A DNA stretch of 64,000 bases. Source: Nitrospirota bacterium (GTDB lineage: Bacteria; Nitrospirota; Nitrospiria; JACQCE01). The notes below the pieces were generated by a model. The model was not told where the DNA came from. It searched no databases and worked only from the letters and a program-made list of their open reading frames with translations. Positions 25,480-34,518 of this stretch are shown here, piece by piece (the stretch's first letter is position 1; each line of letters opens with the position of its first letter). A program made the translations under genes and the position numbers. The stretch covers positions 8,136 to 72,135 of the forward strand of contig JACQCE010000012.1 of the NCBI GenBank assembly GCA_016201765.1. Reading direction: 5' to 3'.

Positions 25480-26756
25480 TGATACCGGCATCAGACAATT
25501 GCGCATGCCATCGGCCGTCGCCGACGGGAGACGCGCAGACCCTCCCGCCGCCCGGACGGGAACCGGTCGCATTTCAGGATGCGCTCGCGCTCGTGCTTGA
25601 GGCGGCCGGTGCGTCGCCCGACATCATTGAGCGGCCTCTGTTTGAGTCATTGGGCGGCGTGCTGGCCGAAGACATTATTGCGCAGGAACCGCTGCCGTCC
25701 TTCGATCAATCGGCGATGGACGGTTATGCGGTGCGGGCGGGGGAGACCGTGGGCGCCTCGGCCAAGCGTCCCGTGCGTTTTTCGGTGATCGGAGAGGTGG
25801 CCGCCGGCGCGGCGCCGGCATGCGGCCTCATTCCGGGAACGGCCATGCGGATCATGACCGGCGCACGGCTCCCGATCGGCGCCGATGCCGTGGTGCCGGT
25901 GGAGCAGGTGGTTGAATGGGGCGAGCCGGCGCTGGGGATCGACGTGCCGGCTCCGGTGCGATCGGAAGCCCATCTCCGCCGACGAGGAGAAGATGTACGG
26001 CCCGGGACGCCGTTGTTGCCGTCAGGGACACGGCTGACGGCCGTTCATATCGGTTTGCTGGCGTCACAGAGCCTGGCCGCGGTGCGGCTCTTCCGCACAC
26101 CGACCGTCGCGCTGCTGTCGACCGGGAATGAACTGATGGGGGGCGTTCGAAATGTGAATGGCCCCATGCTCACCGCGCTGCTGAGCGGACTGGGCTGTTC
26201 AGTGATCAATCTGGGGATCGCCGGCGATGACACGGAGGCGATAGTCGACAAACTCGCCGCCGGAGCCGGCGCGGATGTGGTGGTGACATCCGGCGGCGTC
26301 TCCGTCGGCCGGCATGATCACGTGGCGGAGGCGATGGAACGGTTCGGTGTTGAATGGCTCTTCCGCAAGGTAAGGATCAAGCCTGGCATGCCGATGGTCG
26401 CGGGGCGTCGTGGTCGACAGTTATGCTTCGGATTGCCGGGCAATCCGGTCTCGGCCCTGGTGACCTGTGTCCAGTTTGTCAAACCGGCTCTGCTGAAGAT
26501 GATGGGCGTTCGCAACGCGCTGGATCGGGTCATGATCAGGGCCGTGCTGGAGCATGCGATTGCCAAGGAGGATCGGAAACGCCATTTTCATCGGATGGTT
26601 GTGGAATTGCGGGGCGGGGGCTATTGCGCGCGTTCCAGCGGCGGGCAGGGTTCGCACATGGTGGCCTCGCTGGCCAGGGCAAACGGCCTTCTGGTGATCC
26701 CGGAGGAGAGTCGAGGGTTTGACGCCGGTCAACTGGTCGATGTGGAGTTGCTGTGA
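25479..26756 (+). CDS. moeA: Molybdopterin molybdenumtransferase
   Basis: SFDQSAMDGYAV, STGNEL and TSGGVSVG motifs. The ATG overlaps the preceding stop (TGATG). Confidence 0.88.
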   Translation: MIPASDNCACHRPSPTGDAQTLPPPGREPVAFQDALALVLEAAGASPDIIERPLFESLGGVLAEDIIAQEPLPSFDQSAMDGYAVRAGETVGASAKRPVRFSVIGEVAAGAAPACGLIPGTAMRIMTGARLPIGADAVVPVEQVVEWGEPALGIDVPAPVRSEAHLRRRGEDVRPGTPLLPSGTRLTAVHIGLLASQSLAAVRLFRTPTVALLSTGNELMGGVRNVNGPMLTALLSGLGCSVINLGIAGDDTEAIVDKLAAGAGADVVVTSGGVSVGRHDHVAEAMERFGVEWLFRKVRIKPGMPMVAGRRGRQLCFGLPGNPVSALVTCVQFVKPALLKMMGVRNALDRVMIRAVLEHAIAKEDRKRHFHRMVVELRGGGYCARSSGGQGSHMVASLARANGLLVIPEESRGFDAGQLVDVELL

Positions 26757-27316
26757 TGGCTGGACCGGCACTCACCGTGGCCGTGGTGACCGTCAGTGAC
26801 CGGGCCGCTCGCGGCGAACGGATCGATCAGAGCGGTCCCGCGCTGGTCGAGTGGGTTGAGCGGCGCCTGGGCCGGGTGATTCAAACGGCCGTCGTGCCGG
26901 ATGAGCAGCCGGTGATTCGGGCTGAACTGGAACGGTTGATGGATCAGAGCAGCATCGATTTGGTGCTGACCACGGGAGGCACGGGGGTGTCTCCCCGTGA
27001 CGTCACGCCGGAGGCGACGTGGGGCGTGATCGAGCGCGAGGTGCCCGGTGTTGCCGAGCTGATGCGGCTGGAGGGGCTGCGCCACACGCCGCTGGCCATG
27101 CTTTCCCGGGGTGTGTGCGGCATCAGGGGGCGGAGCGTGGTGCTGAACCTGCCCGGCAGTCCGACGGGCGCCGTGGAGAGTCTGGAGGCGGTCCTGCCGT
27201 TGCTGCGGCATCTGATCGACAAGGCGCAAGGCGACCCGGCCGACTGCGGAAAAATAGGGACGCGTCCCATTTTCACAGCCACGAGTGATTCTTTGTTAAA
27301 CTTTGAGAATGAATGA
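26753..27316 (+). CDS. moaB: MoaB/Mog-type molybdenum cofactor biosynthesis protein; 3' end runs into a repeat core
   Basis: VVTVSDR...[16 protein letters not shown] motif. The last roughly 22 codons and the stop lie inside the 27250-27339 hairpin element. Confidence 0.8.
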   Translation: MMAGPALTVAVVTVSDRAARGERIDQSGPALVEWVERRLGRVIQTAVVPDEQPVIRAELERLMDQSSIDLVLTTGGTGVSPRDVTPEATWGVIEREVPGVAELMRLEGLRHTPLAMLSRGVCGIRGRSVVLNLPGSPTGAVESLEAVLPLLRHLIDKAQGDPADCGKIGTRPIFTATSDSLLNFENE

Positions 27317-27339
27317 AAATGGGACGTGTCCCTATTTTT
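27250..27339. repeat. Core-only copy of the MITE inner hairpin (no outer TIRs)
   Basis: AAAAATAGGGACGCGTCCCATTTT ... AAAATGGGACGTGTCCCTATTTTT with a 42-nt unrelated centre. It fills the moaB-moaC junction. Confidence 0.8.
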
Positions 27340-27342
27340 GGC

Positions 27343-27819
27343 ATGATCGACGTCGGCGACAAGCCGCCGACCGCCCGGACGGCCACGGCCGTGGGCCGGA
27401 TCGCCATGCGGCCGGTGACACTCGAGAGGATCCAACGGGGCATGATGAAAAAGGGCGACGTGCTCGCGGCCGCCCGTCTGGCGGCGGTGATGGGGGCGAA
27501 GCGAACCGCGGAGTTTATTCCCCTCTGTCATCCGCTGCCGCTGGATGGGGTTGATGTGCGGATCACGGAGGAGCGCCGTCCCCAGACCACCAGCGCCCTC
27601 CTGTGCGTGACCGTTACGGTGAAGACGACGGCAAAGACCGGCGTGGAGATGGAGGCGCTCACCGCGGTCTGCGCCGCGCTGCTGACGATCTACGACATGA
27701 GCAAGGCGATTGATCGCACGATGGCGATCGGCGGCATCGGCCTGACGCGAAAACGGGGCGGCCGGTCGGGCGACGTGCGGCGCTCCCCCAAACGCATTCT
27801 GAAGGCGATCGCATGGTAA
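27343..27819 (+). CDS. moaC: Cyclic pyranopterin monophosphate synthase accessory protein
   Basis: [14 protein letters not shown] start and [29 protein letters not shown] motif. The listed 27313 start is repeat-derived. Confidence 0.88.
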   Translation: MIDVGDKPPTARTATAVGRIAMRPVTLERIQRGMMKKGDVLAAARLAAVMGAKRTAEFIPLCHPLPLDGVDVRITEERRPQTTSALLCVTVTVKTTAKTGVEMEALTAVCAALLTIYDMSKAIDRTMAIGGIGLTRKRGGRSGDVRRSPKRILKAIAW

Positions 27820-28523
27820 GAATGTTGCTCTTCGGCGTCCTGCGCGAGCGGATGGGGTGTCATGAAGCGATGATTCCCGTTGAGAGGGGCGCATCGGTGG
27901 ATGCTTTCCTTGACGCGGCTGAACAACGCGTGCCGGGGCTTCGGCGGGCCATGGCTGATTGCCAGGCCGCCCTCGCCGTCAATGCCGACCTGGTTGCCGA
28001 TCCGGGGCGTGACACGGTCATGGTCGCCGATGGCGATGAAGTCGCGCTGTTGCCGCCATTTTCGGGTGGATCAGCCGGATCGCCGACTGATGTGTTCCGC
28101 CATCCGGGCGTGCGGATTCAATCGGACGAATTTTCGCTGGAGGCCGAAGTCAGTCGGATCAAAGCGCGATCGAGTCGGATCGGCGCGGTTGTGGCTTTTA
28201 CCGGCACCGTCCGCGATTGTTCTCACGAACGGGAAGTGCTGGGCATTGAGGTCGAGGTGTATCCGGTCATGGTGATGAAACGCCTTGAAGCGCTCCGCGC
28301 TGAAGCGGTCCGGACCCATGCGCTGCTGGCAGCCACGATCGTTGTTCGGCAGGGCCGGCTGGATATTGGCGACGATCTGATCCTTATTCTTGCGGCGGCG
28401 GAGCATCGGCATGGGGCGTTTCTGGCCGCCCGCTGGTGTATTGATGAAATCAAGCGATCGGTCCCGATCTGGAAGCGGGAATTGACGACGGACGGCTGGC
28501 GGTGGGTGGATCATGGGTGCTGA
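27813..28523 (+). CDS. MoaD-MoaE fusion (molybdopterin synthase small + large subunit)
   Basis: N-terminal roughly 86 aa end in ...LLPPFSGG (MoaD C-terminal GG). The C-terminal part has [11 protein letters not shown] and VPIWKRE MoaE motifs. Confidence 0.8.
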   Translation: MVRMLLFGVLRERMGCHEAMIPVERGASVDAFLDAAEQRVPGLRRAMADCQAALAVNADLVADPGRDTVMVADGDEVALLPPFSGGSAGSPTDVFRHPGVRIQSDEFSLEAEVSRIKARSSRIGAVVAFTGTVRDCSHEREVLGIEVEVYPVMVMKRLEALRAEAVRTHALLAATIVVRQGRLDIGDDLILILAAAEHRHGAFLAARWCIDEIKRSVPIWKRELTTDGWRWVDHGC

Positions 28524-29523
28524 ATTGCGGGTGTTTGAATCACGCGATCCCTCTGGTCGGACGATCAACTATCTGCGCCTGTCGGTGACCGACCGGTGCA
28601 ATCTCCGCTGCGGCTACTGTGTGCCGCCCGGCGGGGTGGAATGGGCGGCGCGTCATCATCATCTGACGGATGACGAAATCCTCCGCGTGGTCGGGGTGGC
28701 CGCGCGGCGGGGGCTCTCAAAAATCCGGGTGACCGGCGGCGAGCCGTTGGTCCGGCCGGGGATTGTGGAGCTTGTGGCCCGGTTGGCGCGTGTGCCCGGC
28801 GTGACCGATCTGGCGATGACGACCAACGGCCTGCTGCTGGCCCGTCACGCGGAGGCGCTCAGACGGGCCGGGTTGCACCGGGTCAACGTCAGTCTGGACA
28901 CGATGGATCGGGACAGGTTTCTCCGCATCACCGGACGCGATGCGCTGCGAGACGTGCTGGCGGGAATTGAGGCCGCCGAGCGGGCCGGGCTCGCGCCCGT
29001 CAAGCTGAACATGGTCGTTCAGCGAGGGGTCAACGATGATGAATGTGTCGCGATGGCCCGGCTGACGCTGGATCGGCCGTTTCACGTCCGGTTCATCGAA
29101 TATATGCCGGTCGCCGATTTTGAAAGCTGGCGGGCCCGGCACATGTCGAATAGCGAGGTGCAAGCCCTGATCGACCGCGAACTGGGGCCGTTGCGGCCGG
29201 TTGCACGGGGCGGGCATGACGGTCCCGCCGTGGTCTATCGGGTTGACGGCGCGGCCGGCCGGTTGGGCTTCATCTCGGCGATCAGCGATGAGCAGTTCTG
29301 CGGCCGCTGCAACCGCGTTCGTCTGACGGCCGACGGCCAGTTGCGCTCCTGTCTCTTTTCATCCGGCGAACTCGATCTGCGTGGCGCACTACGATCCGGT
29401 TGCGGCGACGATGCGCTGCACGAGTTGTTTGAGCGTGCGCTGGCCGCCAAACCGTTTGCGCATGATCTCGCCGAGGCGCCGCAGGCGCAGATGCTGGTCA
29501 CCATGATCGGGATTGGCGGATAG
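28513..29523 (+). CDS. moaA: GTP 3',8-cyclase (radical SAM)
   Basis: LRLSVTDRCNLRCGYC radical-SAM motif and a C-terminal CGRCNRVRLTADG cluster motif. Confidence 0.92.
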   Translation: MGAELRVFESRDPSGRTINYLRLSVTDRCNLRCGYCVPPGGVEWAARHHHLTDDEILRVVGVAARRGLSKIRVTGGEPLVRPGIVELVARLARVPGVTDLAMTTNGLLLARHAEALRRAGLHRVNVSLDTMDRDRFLRITGRDALRDVLAGIEAAERAGLAPVKLNMVVQRGVNDDECVAMARLTLDRPFHVRFIEYMPVADFESWRARHMSNSEVQALIDRELGPLRPVARGGHDGPAVVYRVDGAAGRLGFISAISDEQFCGRCNRVRLTADGQLRSCLFSSGELDLRGALRSGCGDDALHELFERALAAKPFAHDLAEAPQAQMLVTMIGIGG

Positions 29524-29534
29524 CCTGGATTGTC

Positions 29535-29683
29535 GGTCGTGGGCCAGTTTTATACTGCCCGCTTGTTTGACGTCAAAAATAGGGACACGTCCCAATTTGG
29601 GTGAGTTCCTGCTGCCTGTTTGTGACTGTCTCTGGGAAAATTGGGACGTGTCCCTATTTTTCTGGTGAAACTGGCCCACTACC
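29535..29683 (+). mobile_element. MITE-like element, copy 3 (149 bp, divergent centre)
   Basis: GGTCGTGGGCCAGTTT / AAACTGGCCCACTACC TIRs and the inner 24-bp IR. Flanks GGATTGTC / GGACCGTC match 6 of 8. Starts 12 nt after the moaA stop. Confidence 0.8.
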
Positions 29684-29751
29684 GGACCGTCATCGTCCTT
29701 GACCTCCTCCGCCGCCCTGTTTTAGGATGGCGCGCACTGGAGGGGGGATTT

Positions 29752-30432
29752 ATGCCGGGCGCCATGGTGTCATTTCCATCGAACGGCGGCACGACGCACG
29801 GCTATCTGGCGACGCCGAAGGGCGCCGGGCCCGGGGTCATCGTCATTCAAGAATGGTGGGGGCTGGTGCCTCATATCAAGTCGGTGTGTGACCGGTTGGC
29901 CGCGGAAGGTTTCACGGCGCTTGCGCCCGATTTCTATCACGGCAAGACGACTACGTCGCCCGATGAGGCGGGCAGGCTCATGATGGCGCTCAACATCGCC
30001 CAGGCGGCGAACGATCTCAAAGGGGCGGCGACGTTTCTGCTGGGCCACAAGGCGACAGCGGGTACGCGCACGGTCGGTGTGGTCGGTTTCTGTCTGGGTG
30101 GCCAGCTCGCGCTCTACGCCGCCTGCGAAAATCCGACGATCGGCGCCTGCGTTGATTTTTACGGCATTCATCCGAATGTGAAACCACGTTTGGCCGGATT
30201 GCAGTCGCCGGTTTTGGGCATCTTCGGGGAAGAGGACGACTCCGTCACGCCGGCGGTGGTCCGCAAGCTGGAAGCCGATTTGAAAAAAGCCGGAAAGACA
30301 ACCGACTTTACGATCTTCCCGAACGTCGGCCATGCCTTCTTTAACGATTCCCGGCCCGACGTGTATCACAAAGAATCAGCCAGGAAAGCGTGGCAGAAGA
30401 CGTGCGCCTTCCTCCGGCAGCATTTGTCGTGA
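29752..30432 (+). CDS. Dienelactone hydrolase family protein
   Basis: Alpha/beta hydrolase with GVVGFCLGG nucleophile elbow and a C-terminal GHAF. GGAGGGGGG precedes ATG 29752; the listed start lies in the MITE. Confidence 0.8.
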   Translation: MPGAMVSFPSNGGTTHGYLATPKGAGPGVIVIQEWWGLVPHIKSVCDRLAAEGFTALAPDFYHGKTTTSPDEAGRLMMALNIAQAANDLKGAATFLLGHKATAGTRTVGVVGFCLGGQLALYAACENPTIGACVDFYGIHPNVKPRLAGLQSPVLGIFGEEDDSVTPAVVRKLEADLKKAGKTTDFTIFPNVGHAFFNDSRPDVYHKESARKAWQKTCAFLRQHLS

Positions 30433-30436
30433 TCCC

Positions 30437-31066
30437 ATGCCGGCCGCACTCCTCGGCAAGCTGAAGGCCCTCTATCCGAATGCCCGTTACTACCTGAATT
30501 TTTCCACGCCGCTTGAGTTGCTGGTGGCCGCGATCCTCTCGGCCCAGGTGCGGGACACCGTCGTCAACGCCACCACGCCGGCCCTGTTCAAAAAATACAG
30601 GAGCGCGGACGAGTATGCCCGGGCCGATCTGGAGACGCTGACCCGGGAGATCAAGGCGATCACCTTTTCAGCCAATAAAGCCAAGCACATTAAACAGGCC
30701 TGCGCGATTTTAGACGAAAAATATCACGGGCGGGTGCCCGAGACCCTGGAACAGCTGGTTGAGCTGCCCGGGATCGGCCGGAAGACGGCCCATGCGATTC
30801 TGATCAACGCCTTTGGAAAAGTCGAAGGCGTGGTGGTGGACACGCATGTGATCCGGGTGGCCTTCCGGTTGGGCTGGACGAAGAACACCAAGCCCGACAA
30901 GATCGAGCAGGATTTGATGACGCTCATCCCCAAGGCGGACTGGGCGAAGGCGACCTGGCTGCTCAAGGATCACGGCCGGGCCGTCTGCTCGGCGCCCGTG
31001 CCGGCCTGCAGTCGCTGCGCGTTGGAACCTGATTGCCCCAAAGCGGGTGTGACGAAACGGACCTGA
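30437..31066 (+). CDS. nth: Endonuclease III
   Basis: HhH-GPD (LVELPGIGRKTA) and a C-terminal C-x6-C-x2-C-x5-C cluster. Confidence 0.9.
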   Translation: MPAALLGKLKALYPNARYYLNFSTPLELLVAAILSAQVRDTVVNATTPALFKKYRSADEYARADLETLTREIKAITFSANKAKHIKQACAILDEKYHGRVPETLEQLVELPGIGRKTAHAILINAFGKVEGVVVDTHVIRVAFRLGWTKNTKPDKIEQDLMTLIPKADWAKATWLLKDHGRAVCSAPVPACSRCALEPDCPKAGVTKRT

Positions 31067-31069
31067 ACG

Positions 31070-32122
31070 TCACGCCATCGAACGCAGGATGTTAATTCTC
31101 GCCTCGGTCGGCGGGTGGGTGGACATCAGATTGCTGGCGTTCATCCCGAAGACTTTCACCGGATTGACGATATACAGATGCTGGGTCGCCCGGTTGGCCG
31201 CCTCGAGCGGCTCCGGGTCGCCGGCGATTTTGGCCAGTGCGTTCGCCAGGCCGAGCGGATTGCGGGTCAGTTGCACGCTGCTGGCATCGGCCAGGAACTC
31301 CCGGCGTCTGGAGATCGCCATCTGCAGCAGCATGGCGAAGAGCGGCGCGACGATGGACAGGAGTACGGCGAGCAGGAGGAAGGGGAGCGCCCCCCTTCGG
31401 TCACGACCCATCCGTCCGAAGCGGAACGAACGGAGGACGAGGTCGCAGAAGAGGACGATCGACCCGACCAGAATCGCCACCATCATCGAAAAACGGATGT
31501 CCAGATTGCGGATGTGGCTCATCTCATGGCCGATCACACCCTGGAGTTCCTCCCGATTGAGTTTGTCCAGCAGGCCGCGCGTCACCGTGATGGCGGCATG
31601 CCGGGGATCGCGCCCCGTGGCGAAGGCGTTCGGCGCGCTGTCCTCGATCAGATAGACCGCCGGCACCGGGAGTCCGGCGGCGATCGCCATCTCTTCAACG
31701 ATATTGTGCAGCTGCGGTTCCGCATCCCGTGAGACCGGTTTGGCGCCGCTGGCCGCCAGGACAATCGCGCTCCCCTGAAAGTAGGAGAGGAGGCCGATGA
31801 TCACGGCCGCAACCCCGGCGAATGCGAGCCCGATCGGCCAGCCGTTCGGCGTCACCGCTTCGCCGGTCACTGCGCCGAGCACAACCAGCAAGCCGGCGAC
31901 CGTGCCCAATAGCAGCACGGACCGCCGCTTGTTAGCCGCCATTTCGACAAAGAAGTCGCGTCGGGGTTGGAGTCCGATGGTTGGAGCCGGGGTTGATGGA
32001 GGAGATGCGCTTTGCGCCGGCGCGCCGGCGCGGGCCAAAACAGCGCCGCAGAGGTTGCAGGTCAATGCACCCGGACGATTCTCGTACCCGCAGTGCGGGC
32101 AGGGTGGACCGGCGGGTGACAT
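31070..32122 (-). CDS. M48-family zinc metalloprotease (HtpX-like) with N-terminal zinc-ribbon
   Basis: CPHCG...CNLCG ribbon, TM segments and the HEMSHIRN (HExxH) motif. Confidence 0.8.
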   Translation of the reverse strand: MSPAGPPCPHCGYENRPGALTCNLCGAVLARAGAPAQSASPPSTPAPTIGLQPRRDFFVEMAANKRRSVLLLGTVAGLLVVLGAVTGEAVTPNGWPIGLAFAGVAAVIIGLLSYFQGSAIVLAASGAKPVSRDAEPQLHNIVEEMAIAAGLPVPAVYLIEDSAPNAFATGRDPRHAAITVTRGLLDKLNREELQGVIGHEMSHIRNLDIRFSMMVAILVGSIVLFCDLVLRSFRFGRMGRDRRGALPFLLLAVLLSIVAPLFAMLLQMAISRRREFLADASSVQLTRNPLGLANALAKIAGDPEPLEAANRATQHLYIVNPVKVFGMNASNLMSTHPPTEARINILRSMA

Positions 32123-32131
32123 GGCGCCCCG

Positions 32132-32683
32132 TTATCGAAGACTGACCTTGACCGGAGCCTTCTCGGCTTCGGGCACCTGAAAAAACTCCGCGACGGTGAA
32201 CTGGAACGACCCGGCGATCAGATTGGAGGGGAACATTTGGATGGTGTTGTTGTAGCTCATCACGCTGTCGTTGTAGAACTGCCGGGCAAACGCGATCTTG
32301 TTTTCCGTGGAGGTCAATTCCTCCTGCAGCCGGGAGGCGTTCTGGTTGGCTTTCAGATCCGGGTAGCTTTCCACCAGGGCGAAGAGCGATTTGAGCGCGC
32401 CGGTCAGCATGCCCTCCGCCTCGGCCTGGGCGCGGGGCCCCTGCGCCTGCATCGCCATGTTGCGCGCCTGGATGACTTTCTGCAGCGTCTCCTGTTCGAA
32501 GGACATGTAGCCCTTGACCACTTCGACCAGATTGGGGATCAGGTCATACCGCCGCTTCAGCTGGACGTCGATCTGATGCCAGGCGTTCTTGACCTGATTG
32601 CGCAGGCCGACGAGCGAGTTGTAGGAGACAATCGCCCACAGAACCACCGCGACCACGATGCCAAGAACAATCCATCCGGCCAT
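32132..32683 (-). CDS. lemA: LemA family protein
   Basis: N-terminal TM, SYNSLVGLRNQV...AWHQIDVQLKRRYDLIPNLV signature. Confidence 0.85.
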   Translation of the reverse strand: MAGWIVLGIVVAVVLWAIVSYNSLVGLRNQVKNAWHQIDVQLKRRYDLIPNLVEVVKGYMSFEQETLQKVIQARNMAMQAQGPRAQAEAEGMLTGALKSLFALVESYPDLKANQNASRLQEELTSTENKIAFARQFYNDSVMSYNNTIQMFPSNLIAGSFQFTVAEFFQVPEAEKAPVKVSLR

Positions 32684-32827
32684 GCATGCCTCCTTTATGG
32701 CGGTGCGCGTCCGCGTCCAGTCCCATCAGACCGGTGCGCCACCGGCCGCCACGCGCAGACGAGGCTGAGCGTAGCATGCCTCGTGGCACCGGTCAAGAAA
32801 CGGCCGAAACCATGCTATACTGCTCCC

Positions 32828-33307
32828 GTGAAACGGTCAGCCCTGTTCCAGACTGCAGCCGCCGGCATCATGGCCGTCTTTGTGCTGATGGCCGCCGCGC
32901 CGCCTCCCACACCGTCGTTGCGGGAGCGAAACATCCACCTTCCCCGCGTGCCGGCCGACCAGCTGGAGGCCGTCAAAAAGATGGAAAACCCGGTGCCGGC
33001 CAATGACGAGACACTGGAGAAGGGCAAAGCCCTGTTTGCCACCGCCTGCGTGGCCTGTCACGGTTCGGAGGGACGGGGCGATGGACCGCTCACGAAACGG
33101 GCCAAAATCGATCCGGCGCCTCGAAACTTCACCAACCAGGATTTCCAGCGCCTCCGGACCGATGGCGAGCTGTTTTGGGTCTTAAAACACGGCTCACACG
33201 GGACGGAAATGATGCGGATGGATTTTTTCTTCACGGATGACGAGCTCTGGACGCTGATTCGCTACATCCGCAAGCTTGGCCAGCCCCCCGCGGCGCCCCC
33301 CAAGTAG
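32828..33307 (+). CDS. Monohaem c-type cytochrome, secreted
   Basis: CVACH haem motif and signal-like VKRSALFQTAAAGIMAVFVLMAAA from GTG 32828. The upstream two-thirds of the listed 356-aa ORF is antisense to lemA. Confidence 0.6.
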   Translation: MKRSALFQTAAAGIMAVFVLMAAAPPPTPSLRERNIHLPRVPADQLEAVKKMENPVPANDETLEKGKALFATACVACHGSEGRGDGPLTKRAKIDPAPRNFTNQDFQRLRTDGELFWVLKHGSHGTEMMRMDFFFTDDELWTLIRYIRKLGQPPAAPPK

Positions 33308-33329
33308 GAGGCCGTTGGACCGGCCGCCG

Positions 33330-33469
33330 GGCAGTGGGTCAGTTTCACCGTGACCTGTCTCAAAAATAGGGACACGTCCCCATTTCCTCATGCGGCGCGC
33401 GGCGCTCACCGAAATTGGGACGTGTCCCCATTTTTGCCACGGGTGAATCCATTCAACTGACCCGCTACC
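33330..33469 (-). mobile_element. MITE-like element, copy 4 (140 bp) with perfect 8-bp TSD
   Basis: GGCAGTGGGTCAGTTT / (T)CAACTGACCCGCTACC TIRs. Identical flanks GGCCGCCG at 33322-33329 and 33470-33477. Confidence 0.9.
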
Positions 33470-33484
33470 GGCCGCCGGGTCGCC

Positions 33485-33513
33485 TTGACGGATTGACCGA
33501 CCACCGGTATCCT
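33485..33513 (+). promoter_or_regulatory. Sigma-70-like promoter TTGACG-17-TATCCT abutting the GAF gene start
   Basis: The -10 box ends 8 nt before ATG 33522 and there is no SD sequence, suggesting a leaderless transcript. Confidence 0.3.
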
Positions 33514-33521
33514 TTGTTTTA

Positions 33522-34421
33522 ATGGATATCATTCAGGTTGAAAAACGCCGGTCCGAACTGCTCCAGTTGGTCGTCTTCATGATCATGCTCTTTCTGGGGC
33601 TGGTGACCTACCAGTCCGTCCAAAATGACGAGGGATATCTGACCCCTGCGCTGGGTCTGCTCTCTCTTCTGGCCTGCCTGTACGTCATCGGGCAGGAGCG
33701 CACGCTCAAACATCTGCAACAGCAACTGGTCGAGGAATTGGTGATGAAGGACCGGCAGGTGGTCCAACTGGGCCGGGAGTATAGCGACGCCCGTCACAAA
33801 CTCAAGGACGAAGAATCCCAAAAAATCCAGGTCGAAGGACGATTGCACGAGGTCAGCATGCTCTACAAGGCGATCAGCGTCGTCAATGCGGTGCAGGATC
33901 CCCAGCGCACGTCCGAGAGCGTGCTCCGTTCGGCCCTTGATCTGGTCGAGGGCGATTGCGGATCGGTCATGCTGCTGGAAGGCGACGGCGCCACACTGGT
34001 GATTGTCGCGGCGCAGGGGTTGAGCGAGACCGTCAAATTGAAGACCCGCCAACCGATCAGCGACGGCATCGCCGGCTGGGTCGTGCGCCACAAAGAGCCG
34101 CTCCTGGTGACCGAGGAGCTGAAGGACGACCCGGAGTTGAGGCCGTTGATGCAACACAGCCGGAATGATCAGGCGGCCATGTCCGTGCCGTTGCAGGTGC
34201 GGGGTCAGGTGATCGGCGTGATCAATGTCAGCGTGTCGGAGCAGGCGGCCAAACGCCGGTTTGACGACCGCGATCTTCGGCTGGTGGCCCTCTTCGCCCA
34301 GCATGCCTCCGTCGCCATCGACAACGGTCGTCTCCTGGCTTCGTTGCGGCAGACGCGCGCCGCCGTCCAGTCCGCCGCCGGCGGAAACGGCGGCCCCCGG
34401 ACGGACCTGCAGGTCAACTGA
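33522..34421 (+). CDS. Membrane-anchored GAF-domain protein
   Basis: N-terminal TM pair, a coiled-coil stretch and a C-terminal GAF-like region (GSVMLLEG...IAGWVVRHKEPLLV...SVPLQVRGQVIGVINV). Confidence 0.65.
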   Translation: MDIIQVEKRRSELLQLVVFMIMLFLGLVTYQSVQNDEGYLTPALGLLSLLACLYVIGQERTLKHLQQQLVEELVMKDRQVVQLGREYSDARHKLKDEESQKIQVEGRLHEVSMLYKAISVVNAVQDPQRTSESVLRSALDLVEGDCGSVMLLEGDGATLVIVAAQGLSETVKLKTRQPISDGIAGWVVRHKEPLLVTEELKDDPELRPLMQHSRNDQAAMSVPLQVRGQVIGVINVSVSEQAAKRRFDDRDLRLVALFAQHASVAIDNGRLLASLRQTRAAVQSAAGGNGGPRTDLQVN

Positions 34422-34518
34422 TTTACCGATCCTCCCCGCCGCTTCACCGCAGCACACACGTGCCATCCGATCAACCAGGCGCCATGTAGAGGGGCCGTGG
34501 GCCGTCTCAATCCCTGCC

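Noticed and set aside
29641-29751. ORF starts and small ORFs containing GRVPIF, NWDVSPF, NRDTSQF and similar peptides (27313, 29641, 14438-14707, 14593-14886, 33194-33532, 42795-43193 and 58172-58582).
   Set aside because: These peptides are translations of the MITE inner repeat in different frames and orientations. They recur because the DNA repeat recurs, not because of a protein family.
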